A DNA stretch of 64,000 nt from Protoeuglena noctilucae. Taxonomy: Eukaryota. The notes under the pieces were generated by a model. The model was not told the DNA's origin and did not search any database. It saw only the letters and a program-made list of their open reading frames with translations. Location of the stretch: NCBI GenBank assembly GCA_958009085.1, contig OY253670.1, positions 1 through 64,000 of the forward strand. Direction: 5' to 3'. The translations under genes were made by a program, and so were the position numbers. This document shows, piece after piece, positions 13,423 to 26,432 of this stretch; position 1 is the stretch's first letter, and each line of letters begins with the position of its first letter.

Positions 13423-13511
13423 ATCGCATGGCGGAAGCCTCGTAGGTTCGAATCCTACCGACGTCGATGCCCTGACGTCGTGGCCGAGCGGTCTAAGGCG
13501 TGCGACTAGAA
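13423..13511 (+). tRNA. trnS-AGA: Circularly permuted tRNA-Ser(AGA): 3' half 13423-13466, 7-nt spacer, 5' half 13474-13511
   Basis: The 5' half GACGTCG TG GCCG AGCGGTCTA AGGC G TGCGA CT AGA A lies downstream of the 3' half A TCGCA TGGCGGAAGCCTC GTAGG TTCGAAT CCTAC CGACGTC G. All stems pair after rejoining at 37/38, with a long variable arm and G73 typical of Ser. Confidence 0.93.
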
Positions 13512-13515
13512 AGAC

Positions 13516-13528
13516 TTTTGCTCGTTTT
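13516..13528 (+). terminator. Pol III terminator (T-runs) for the permuted tRNA
   Basis: TTTT at 13516-13519 and a second T-run at ~13525-13528, just after the 5' half. Confidence 0.7.
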
Positions 13529-13609
13529 GCGGGATGCGGGACGGACGGGGGACGCGCGCGGGACCGGTTTCACGGTGGATTGGGCGCGCGGCGGCAGCGA
13601 CCCACATCA

Positions 13610-14478
13610 CGGGGTCGCGTCGTGGGTCTCTGGGCACACGGCCGAGTGGGTCGTGCCGGCGCACGCACCCGGAGCGGGGCGGTCTGGGGCGGTCCACATG
13701 AGAGGCAGCCGGCCCTCGGGGGCGCAGCGTGGGCGAGCGGGGCGCCCAGGGGCAACGCTGCGCCCCCCAACGAACGCCGTCTGCGTTCGGACCGCCCCCA
13801 CCGCCCTCGCGTCCGGGCCAGCGTGGCCGGGTGGGCGAGCCAGCCGGGCCGCCTGAGGAGGATGGGAGGAGGGTAGGGAGCGGGGGATGTCATGATTGGC
13901 CGCACATAAGCTACACAGATCGTCATTAGCCTCGGCCTCACCTTTTGTAATAGACGCCCGGGGGTCTCCACGGAGGGCCCCCGCGGCTGCATCGTCCCAC
14001 TCTGGGACGGCGATTCTGCCTTCGGGCGCAGCGAGGGGGCTAGGGGTGCAAGAACCCGGGGTGGGCGACCCCTTTGCCTTAGGGTGGGGCGACCTAGCGG
14101 GGGCGGGCCACGTGCCATATGCACTGCAACGATGGAAACCCCGGGGTGTCAGCTGCCCCGGGGGACGGCACTTCTGCCGCAAGGCGTGGCTCTGAGAGTC
14201 ATAGCACCCCTCGACTGTTGAATCGCTCATCATCATCGCGGCGGCAGCGAGGCCGGAGCAGCCGATTGGGCGTGCGTTTGCCTTAGGGTGGGGCGACCTA
14301 GCGGGGGCGGGCCACGTGCCATATGCACTGCAACGATGGAAACCCCGGGGTGTCAGCTGCCCCGGGGGACGGCACTTCTGCCGCAAGGCGTGGCTCTGAG
14401 AGTCATAGCACCCCTCGACTGTTGAATCGCTCATCATCATCGCGCGAGCGCGGGCCGGCATTTTGGCCGCGGCGGGGC
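13610..14478 (+). repeat. Left arm of long inverted repeat, with an internal 204-bp duplication
   Basis: Reverse complement of 17697-18361. Segment 14073-14240 is repeated at 14277-14444 with a 36-bp spacer. Confidence 0.95.
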
Positions 14479-14676
14479 ACCCCACTGGCGCGCCGCTGTA
14501 GGTGCGGGGCGCGGCCCGAGGAGAGGGCTGGGTTGCGCGGCTGGGGCTGATTGTTGAGGAGGCTGCTCAGAAAGTGTGCATGCGCGTGCGGAGGCCCGCC
14601 GCTGGGGCTGCGCGGCACCCAAGGCAGTTGTTTTTGCACAGTGGGCAGCCGCACCCGACGACGACCGCGCGCAGAG

Positions 14677-15488
14677 ATGGCGAGCGCCGGGGGGGCCGCG
14701 GAGGGCCAGAAGGCGCGGAAGGCGAGCGCGCGGGTCCGCGGGCGTGCGCCGGGGCCCCCCCGCAGTGCGCCGGCCTACAGCAAGGCAAGGCGCTCCGCCC
14801 CAGCTACGCCCGCTTGCAGGTGGCGGAGCGGGCGAGCTGGCGGTGGAGGTGGGCGCGCGAGCGCCTGCACGTGTCGCTGCGGGACGCGGTGGCCGAGGTG
14901 GAGGAGGCCGAGGGGCCCAGCCCGCTCCTCGCGGCGTCCGAGGCGCGCGCGGCCGAGGCGCAGGCGGGACTCGCTGAAGGAGCCCTGGAGGGCCTCGTCC
15001 TGGGGCCCAGGCAGACGTGCCGGCGGGCGGGAGTGGCGGAGGCGGCGACGGGCGCGGGGGACGCCCGCGTTGGCATGAACGTGTGGTGGCCCGACTGGGC
15101 GCTGCCCGGCGCGTACCTGCCGGCCCAGCTGGGGTCGGGCGCGCCGCCGGCGCCGTGCCCGGTCGTGATGTGGGCGGACGCCGCCGGCGCCGGCGCAGAG
15201 CCGGCCCCAAGGCGACGGCCCCTGGACCCCCACCTGCAGTGCGCGGTGGCTGGCCCTGGCGGCCCTGGGGGACAGCGGCCACGTCCTGGACCCCCTTGGC
15301 GGCGGGTGGGCGGCGACGGGCCCGGTGACGTCGACGGGGTAGATGGCTGCGCCGACGAGGCGGAAGAGCTCGTTGACGAAGCTGGCGACCACCCGCTCGA
15401 CGCCCGCCTCGGCCCCGGTGCCCTGGCACGCCTCGAGCAGCGCCGGGGAGATGCCGTGCGCGCCACCGCAGCTGTCGCCTTTTTATGA
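14677..15488 (+). CDS. Hypothetical protein inside the inverted repeats (reads inward from IR-L)
   Basis: MASAGGAAEGQKARK, a putative GC-AG intron 14722-14819, then VAERASWRWRWARERLHVSLRDAVAEVEEAEG... in GC3-rich codons. No recognisable domain, and its 3' part overlaps a minus-strand coding-like segment. Confidence 0.35.
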
Positions 15489-17650
15489 CCCTGCATACGC
15501 CCTCTTGCTCAGCCACTGGACCTCCTGCTGCTCCAGCACCGTCAGCTGGCGCTGCAGGTCCAGCATCGGTCCCAGTCCTGCCCTGTGCCCTGTACTCTGA
15601 GGAACGCCTAATGACTTCAAAGACCGTCCGTTCAAACCTCGCAGGCAGGTGCGCGCAACCCGCATATCTGGACCTGCCAAGCTGGCCTGGCCCGCACAGC
15701 CTATGCACTGCAGCGCCCACATGCATGCTCCCTCCCGCTCCCGTCGCCAGCAGATGGCCCCAAGCCACCCCCATCGCTCGTCGCCGCCCCTCAAGTCGCC
15801 CCACCCGGCGCCCCGCCCCCTCCCCCGCCCCCCCAGCCACCCTTCGCCGCCTTTGCATGCGCCTCCGCCTTCTTCTCCGCCCGGTCCATGCGCGACCGCT
15901 CTGCCTTCTTCGCCTTGCGCTCCGGTTTCTGCTCGTACTCCCGCCGCCTCTTCTCGGTCTCCTCGTCCTTCGCCACCACACGCTCCGCAGCCGCCTGCTC
16001 CGCGGCGTCCATCCCGCCCCTCGCCAGGTCAGCCCTGGCCTCCTGCAGCAGCTGCTGCCCCCTCTCGCGCGCCCGTGCCTTCCACTACTTCTCCTTCTCG
16101 GGGTCCCGGACCCGGGCCTTGGGGAGCTTGGCCGGAGACGACTGCGACAGCGTCGTTGCCTTGCCCGCCGTGCGGCCCCCGCACCCGCACAGCACGGGGG
16201 AGGGGCAGGGTCCGTCCGAGTGGAACGGGGCGGAAACGTGCAGATCCAGGCCACCCGTCCGCGGGAGCTTCTTCATGACGTACGTGCCGTCCATCTTCAT
16301 CCGGGACAAGGACCTCTCCATGGCGGCCCGCAGCACGTCCCCGGGCAGCCCTGCGCTGTCCACAGCGTCGGAGAGGATCTGGATCACCCTGGAGTACCGG
16401 ATGCCCCTGGCTCCGCTCGGGTCCCCCGCCGACGCCCCTCCGCCTCCCCGCCCGTAGCCCTTAGCGCCCTCCGCCCTCACGCCCAAAAACTCCCCCGCAT
16501 CCAGCGCCTCCGACCTCGCCATGTCCTGCACGGCGCTGCTCATTACCGGATCCCGCATCCGCGGGCCGGCGACCAGGCAGGGCCAGAACACGACAGCAAT
16601 CGACCGCGCATTGACGGCACCACGGCCCACGGACCTCGGCCCGAGCTCCCACGCCCCCAGGTCTGCCGCCGTCGCGACGCTGCCGCTCCCCGCCCCGCTC
16701 CCGCTCCTCGCCAGGCCCAGCGCCTGCCACGCCGTCACGCTGTCCGCCGGCAGGTCATGCCCCAGCACCTCCCCCGGGAACGGAGCGGCCTCAGGCGGGA
16801 CGGGCACGCCGCGCGCGAACAGCGTCACCACGTTGACGCCCGCGGACTCGGCCCAGTCCTGCAAGTCCTCCAGGGGGGTGATGCCCCGGCACGGGCGGTC
16901 CAGGCTCATGGCGACCACCGCGGTGGGCACGCCCCCGCCCTCCTTGAAGGCCTTGTCGAGAGCCTCGACGACATCTGCCCCGGTGCCTGGCTTGTGCGTA
17001 AGCCTGACGACCTCGGATGGGGCTTCAGGCGGGGCCACGAGGCGTGCCAACGACTCTTGCTTCTCGCACGACGAGGAGGTGGCGACGCGCCGCTTGGACT
17101 TGGAGCCGGGGGAGACGTGGGAGAAGAGGATGAACCTGTTCCCCATGCGGCGGAGGACGTCCTGCAGCCCCAACAGGTACTCGTCGGGGGCACCGTCGGT
17201 GTCGGACGCCGCGGCACCAAGCACCCGCTCCGCAGTCCTATGGCAGCCAGTGTACATGGACTGCGCCACCTGCGGGGGTATAGTGCCGGGCCCCAGTGTT
17301 GCCCATGCACCCCTGGGGTGGGCGGCGAGCGGACGATTCCCGACAGGGCGTGCAAGCCGGTGAGGTCGTATTGTCTGCCTGACTCGCCTGGTGACGGGTG
17401 GCCGTGGCGAGCGACGCCCCCACCTCCCCCCACGTGGTGGGCTCCCACTCCAGGGCGCCGACCCCGGCAGATTGCCGCCCCTCCGCCGCGAGCACCCGCA
17501 AGGGACCGGGCAGACGCGCGCCCGACTCGTCCAGCAGCGCGTCCAAGTCGCTGTCGGCGTCGCTGTCGGCGTCACTGTCGTCCTCGCTGTCGCACTCGTC
17601 GTCGCTGCAGTCCTCGAGGTCCTCGAGCGGGGTTGCCTGCACGCGCAAGG
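15240..17650 (-). pseudogene. Degenerate intron-containing gene with a serine recombinase/resolvase-like catalytic domain (~16818-17134)
   Basis: FILFSHVS...SSCEKQ...GT...AVVAMSLDRPCR...LQDWAESAGVNVVTL matches the resolvase pattern Y.RVS...S...Q...VV..LDRL.R...L...GV.VV.L. It follows an acidic exon and a GC-AG intron (~17387-17271). In-frame stops occur at 16085-16087 (TAG) and 15791-15793 (TGA). Confidence 0.6.
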
Positions 17651-17696
17651 GGCGAGCTGTGCGTCTCGGCTGCGACAGGCGCCCCCATGTGGCCGG

Positions 17697-18361
17697 GCCC
17701 CGCCGCGGCCAAAATGCCGGCCCGCGCTCGCGCGATGATGATGAGCGATTCAACAGTCGAGGGGTGCTATGACTCTCAGAGCCACGCCTTGCGGCAGAAG
17801 TGCCGTCCCCCGGGGCAGCTGACACCCCGGGGTTTCCATCGTTGCAGTGCATATGGCACGTGGCCCGCCCCCGCTAGGTCGCCCCACCCTAAGGCAAAGG
17901 GGTCGCCCACCCCGGGTTCTTGCACCCCTAGCCCCCTCGCTGCGCCCGAAGGCAGAATCGCCGTCCCAGAGTGGGACGATGCAGCCGCGGGGGCCCTCCG
18001 TGGAGACCCCCGGGCGTCTATTACAAAAGGTGAGGCCGAGGCTAATGACGATCTGTGTAGCTTATGTGCGGCCAATCATGACATCCCCCGCTCCCTACCC
18101 TCCTCCCATCCTCCTCAGGCGGCCCGGCTGGCTCGCCCACCCGGCCACGCTGGCCCGGACGCGAGGGCGGTGGGGGCGGTCCGAACGCAGACGGCGTTCG
18201 TTGGGGGGCGCAGCGTTGCCCCTGGGCGCCCCACTCGCCCACGCTGCGCCCCTGAGGGCCGGCTGCCTCTCATGTGGACCGCCCCAGACCGCCCCGCTCC
18301 GGGTGCGTGCACCGGCACGACCCACTCGGCCGTGTGCCCAGAGACCCACGACGCGACCCCG
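17697..18361 (-). repeat. Right arm of long inverted repeat (665 bp)
   Basis: Reverse complement of IR-L. Only three mismatches were noticed, all CpG transitions. Confidence 0.95.
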
Positions 18362-18460
18362 CTCCTCGCTCCCGCACGTCAACCTTGGCCCTTGGCCCGT
18401 CCTCTCCCACGCCCGTCGGCCTTGTCCCGTCCCTCATCTCCTCGCCCCCACACGCCCAGA

Positions 18461-18650
18461 TGACCTTGGCCCGTCACGCTGACGACCTTGGCCCATCACG
18501 CTGACGACCTTGGCCCATCACGCTGACGACCTTGGCCCATCACGCTGACGACCTTGGAGTATCGTTTTGACGACCTTGGCCAAATGCGCTGACGACCTTC
18601 AACCGACGCTGTGGCGACCCTGGCCCTTTAACGCTGACGACCTTGGCCCA
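18461..18650 (+). repeat. Tandem array of ~9 units with 22-bp period, core (T)GACGACCTTGG
   Basis: Units start at 18481, 18503, 18525, 18547, 18569, 18591, 18613 and 18636, plus a partial unit at 18461. The first three full units are identical: GACGACCTTGGCCCATCACGCT. Confidence 0.95.
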
Positions 18651-18653
18651 CCT

Positions 18654-18738
18654 CCCGCTCCGCGCACCCGCGCGCCTGATAACCGAGGCCTGCCCCCCGC
18701 TCACGCGCACCCGCGCGCCCTGATAACCGTGGCCTGCC
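18654..18738 (+). repeat. Two near-identical ~42-bp direct repeats
   Basis: CCCGCTC(A)CGCGCACCCGCGCGCC(C)TGATAACCG(A/T)GGCCTGCC occurs twice. Confidence 0.85.
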
Positions 18739-19282
18739 TCGCGCCCCCGTCGCCCCCAAAAACACCCGACACCCCTGTGTCGCCCAGCCCATGCCCGCCC
18801 ACACCATTCGATGCCCCTTGTGTTACTCTCGCCGCCGCCGCTCGCTCTTGCCGCGCTGCCATCGCGCCCGCCCCCAAAAGCCCGCTGCCCTGCTGTTTGT
18901 CGTGCGAGGGGTCGCCCCCGCCAGCGCCACCATGCCGGGCGCCAGCACCCCACGCCGTCTGTTGCTCTCCTGCAGGGCCTCCTCAGCAGACTCCCAAAGA
19001 CAGGCCCTCCGGCCCCGCTTGCGCTCCCACTCTCCCCGCCTCGTCGCAGCCACGCCGCTCTCTGATCCTGTGGCGCCTGGTCCGTTCTGCGCCACTGCCG
19101 CGTGTTCCCACGACATCCCCGGCGTTCCACCCCACGGGCGCCACGTCTCTCGCCACTGTCTGAGCCCATCAACCCGTTGCTGCCAGCTCTGCCCCGACGT
19201 TTGTCCCCCGTCGCACCCTTTGCCAGCCCCCCCCAGCGGGGCTGGTCTCTCACGTTGGCTGGAGCACAGGCGACGCGTTGGC

Positions 19283-19413
19283 GACCCCCACGCGGACCCA
19301 CCCGACCAGCGCCAGAGCCCCTGAAGGACCACGGGCGGGGAGGCCACGCGGCACGCGCAGTACCGTGGGTGTGCGGGGCGCGCCGCAACGGCGACGGAGC
19401 AGACGCCCCACGG
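19283..19413 (+). repeat. Dispersed repeat whose second copy is split (21084-21162 plus 21953-22003)
   Basis: 19283-19361 matches 21084-21162 and 19363-19413 matches 21953-22003, each with few substitutions. Confidence 0.9.
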
Positions 19414-21162
19414 GTGAGCGCTGGCGGCTGTGGGACACCAAGGGCCTGCGAGGCATGGCTGCAAAGGGCTAGGGGTGAGGCAAGGGTGCGTGTGCGCGTC
19501 CGTCCAGGTCTGCGGTCGGGGAGAGGTGACGGTGTGCGTGACGGAGGATGAGTGTCGGTGTGGGTCCTGACCTGCGGCTGGCAAAGAGGGTGGTCGTGGG
19601 AGGATGCGAGGAGGTCTGTGCGTGATTGAGGGAGGTCAGGAGGTGCAAATGCTGTGCTGGATCGGTGTGTGGTGCTTGGTGCGTGGGGAGTGATGCGCTG
19701 AGGGGTGCGAGTGCTCACGTGGGCATTAGCTGTGAGGAGAGGGTGCTGAGCCTTACCTGTGCAGCCAGGGGGGGGGGGGGGGGGGGGGGGGGTGCGTGGG
19801 GCAGGAGGGCTTGCGAAAAGGGCGAGTCTGGTTGGGCGTGTGAGGTGAGGTGTGTGCGGGGGCGTGGTCCGTGAGAAGGGTGTGGCGTGGGGCTGGCAGG
19901 AGGAGGGGTGGGAGATGATGCGTGCTGAGCAGGAAGGTGGTTTATGTGGGGGTCCATGTGGAAGAGGAGAGGGGGTTGAGAGGTGAACGTGTGTATGTCA
20001 GTGGTGATGCGCGGTGAGTGGGCAAGACTGGTGCTGAGCGGCGAGATCGTGAGATGAGTGACGAGGGTGCGTGCAGAGAGTTAGACGGTGTGTGTGGTCT
20101 GGTTGGAAGAGGCATCTACCTGTTAGCTGCGGGCATGGACGGGGAGGCGTGGCAAGCGGGTGAGTGCTGCTGGGGCAGGTTGCGTGTGCAGTGAGATGTG
20201 GGGGTTGGAAAGTGTGCGTCATAGGAAGGCAGTGGGCTGGCTTAGGGACCTGGTGGGAGCAATGCGGTCGGGTGGATGTGGGAGTAATGCGGATTGGGGT
20301 GGGGAGGCATGGCCGGCTGCGGGGCAGGTGTGGAGCAGGCGTGTGGGTAAAGCTGTCGAGTGTGCGTCCGAGAACCTGCGAGGCATGCGAGAGATGGAGC
20401 GTGGGTGCGCAGAAGCCCTTGGTGTCCCGAGCGCCGGCACCCTCCCCGTGAGGCGCCCGCCCTTGCCGCCACAGCGCGCCCCACGCCCCTGCGGCTGCGC
20501 GCGCATCGCGTGGACCCCCCGCCCGCGGCCCCTCTCAGGCTCCGGCTCCGGCCAGGCAGCCCAGGGGGTCGCCGGTGGCGCCGCCGTACGGTACTCCAGC
20601 CCATATCATCCTGGGTGCAGGGGAGCTTGTTTTAGCCGGCAGACGGGCTCTTCCGTAGATGCTCAGTGTGGCCGTGGATGCCCCAGTTGGCCGGGGCGCC
20701 GACGCCGGAACGAGCAGCCCGAAGGCCACCCGTCCGGCGCCGGCGCCCCGGCCCGAATGTCGTGGGGTGATGGCGTGCTGCGAATGAAGAGGCCCCTCAG
20801 GGGAGTAGCGGCTCGACGGCTGCCCATGTGGGCGCAGTGTAGGTGAAGGTGGACCTCGCCGGGTCCCTTGGGTGTAAGAGGGCGTCGTCAGGGTGCGTGC
20901 AGCGCGCGAGGGCCCGCCCGCCCCGGTACACCGCCAGAGCGACGAGCTCCTCGGCCATGATGCGCGTCATCTGCGCGAACAGCTGTGCCGGGGACGCGTC
21001 CGCCCCCGCGTCCTTCGTCAGCTGCTGCCGCCTGCGCCAGATGACCTGCACGGTCGCCCCCGCCACGACCGCCCACGTGAGCGGACCCCCGCGCGGACCC
21101 GCCCGACCAGCGCCAGAGCCCCTGAAGGGCCGCGGGCGGGGAGGCCACGCGGTACGCGCAGT

Positions 21163-21460
21163 GATGATGATGTGCAGTTCAATAGCTGAGGGTGCTGAGG
21201 TCCATCAGGATCCTCGCCGCACGAGCTAGGCCCGCGCGACAGGGGCGCCTTCCCCCGGGGCTGCCGCACCCCGGGGGTTCCATGATCGCAGTGCATATGG
21301 CACTTGGCCCGCCCCCGCTAGGTCCCCCCACCCTAAGGCTATGGGGCCGCCGCCCCGGGCTCCAGCGCCCCTAGCCCCTTCGCCGAACCGCCGCCCCTGC
21401 CGGGACGAGCAACCGCAGGATGCCACGCAAGCGGGCCCCTGGGTACAAATACAACAGCGA
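21163..21460 (+). repeat. Diverged third copy of part of the inverted-repeat arm (same orientation as IR-R)
   Basis: GATGATGATG..TTCAA.AG..GAGGGTGCT and GCAGTGCATATGGCAC.TGGCCCGCCCCCGCTAGGTC.CCCCACCCTAAGGC align to 17734-18030. Confidence 0.85.
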
Positions 21461-22078
21461 AGCAACGAAGCAGAGACAAGCCCCCATGCCGCGGCGCAGA
21501 GCACTTTCGCCCCATGCTAACAACGGACCCCACCCTGGTCCCACCGGCGCGGTCCCCGCGTCCCGCCGGTCGCTCTGCGTCCCCGTCACGAAAGCCTGCC
21601 GTCCCTCTGCACGCACACAGCGCGCAGCGCCCCGAAAGCCCCCCTAGACTCGGGGGCGCGGCTTGTCCCGACCAGCAGAACTCGAGCGCGTCGTGCTGCC
21701 GCCTGGCGCCTGCCAGGGGATATGCGACCGCATCAGCCGTCGCGAATGCACGCAAAGCACCCAACCGCACCCCCTCGCCAACTAGCCAGCCTCCGCCTTG
21801 GCCAAACCACCGCCGAACCACCGCACTGCGCGCCACCGCGCCATTTTTTGTGAACCGGCTCTTCGTCACCGGCCATAAAGGCGCGGTGTCCAGAGGGCGC
21901 CACGAGGAGGCGGCCGGCGGATCACGCCATCGCGCGTCCAAGTCCCCCCACCCCGTGGGTGTGCGGGGCGCGCCGCGACGGCGACGGAGCAGACGCCCCA
22001 CGGTCATTGGGCCATCCAACCCATCCCGCGCCCGCCCGTCGCGCCATTCCGGGCTCCCGGGCAGGCGGCAAAAGAGAC

Positions 22079-22152
22079 CACCCCAGGTGGGGGTCGAACC
22101 CACGACCTAACCCTTAGGAAGGGTTCGCGCTAATCCACTGCGCTACTGGGGC
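22079..22152 (-). tRNA. trnR-CCT: tRNA-Arg(CCT), intronless
   Basis: GCCCCAG TA GCGC AGTGGATTA GCGC G AACCC TT CCT AA GGGTT AGGTC GTGGG TTCGACC CCCAC CTGGGGT G, followed by a TTTT terminator. Confidence 0.97.
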
Positions 22153-22546
22153 AGATGTACCCCAAGTACGACATACCTAGCTGGCGAAATTTTGATTACA
22201 TATACTCCCTTTCGCTCAGGCCCTCCTCCCGTTGTCCGATTTTCGCGCTCCGTGGTTCATTGCTCCCGAAACTCGCCACAGCTCTTACCCTGAGTATACT
22301 TCACTGTTTCCCAGGCGCGGCCGTCCAGAAGAGCGCGGGTCAGCGCGGAACGGGCCCGCTGGGTCTGGCGAATGCTGCGGCACATTCCCGCCCTCCCATC
22401 CATCCCGGCATCTAGCACGGCCACCGGCGCGATTCTTTCCCCCGCTACCTTGCTCCAGGTCCCTGCAGCGAGGCTCGGGGTCAGGGGCCCGCCCTCCACG
22501 CCGTGCCGCCGCCGGTGCCCCTTCCCGCGCCGCGCGGCCTGGCACG

Positions 22547-26164
<3,618 letters not shown>

Positions 26165-26432
26165 GAGAGGGTGCACGTGAGAGAGGGAGCCATGGGGTGC
26201 AGCAACGCCTGTCTGCCTGTCTTACAACGACACGGTTGCGCCTGCCATATGCACCGCTGGTTGAATGGTTGGTGCCGCCAATGGCGCTCATTTAATTTAG
26301 TGCTCGTGGGTCGACCGCGCCCCTCTGCGATTGTCAGCAGCATGGCAGACATATACCCGGCACCGGCGCTACCCGTACTGGCTGCGCGATGCGTGGAGAC
26401 ACGTGGATCGGCCAACGGACCACGCTATCAGC

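Larger units (their letters stand above)
13610..18650. mobile_element. Putative mobile or invertible element: long inverted repeats enclosing a resolvase-like gene, plus adjacent 22-bp array
   Basis: IR-L 13610-14478 and IR-R 17697-18361, inner ORFs including a serine-recombinase-like domain, and an array at 18461-18650. True element boundaries are unknown. Confidence 0.55.

Noticed and set aside
13374..13466. Ordinary intron-containing tRNA using an upstream 5' half
   Set aside because: The upstream sequence cannot pair with the acceptor strand CGACGTC or the anticodon strand TCGCA. Only the downstream half does.
15791..16330. Fanzor/TnpB nuclease downstream of the resolvase-like domain
   Set aside because: No RuvC D-E-D motifs or paired CxxC zinc finger are visible. 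The region is Cys-sparse and then a charged helical tail.
17730..17790. C/D-box snoRNA or hammerhead ribozyme at the GATGATGATGA tract
   Set aside because: No matching terminal CTGA box with stem in the near-identical arms, and no CTGANGA...GAAA core.
15485..18463. 992-aa plus-strand ORF and many other long Arg/Pro/Gly-rich ORFs in the track
   Set aside because: These are shadow frames expected at this GC content. They have no domain motifs and overlap better-supported genes or repeats.
18461..18650. CRISPR-like array
   Set aside because: The period is only 22 bp, several inter-core segments are identical, there are no cas genes, and the context is eukaryotic.
19440..20400. G/T-skewed stretch with a ~25-nt poly-G run as a gene or element
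   Set aside because: Low complexity, with no coherent ORF or terminal repeats. Homopolymer length is unreliable.
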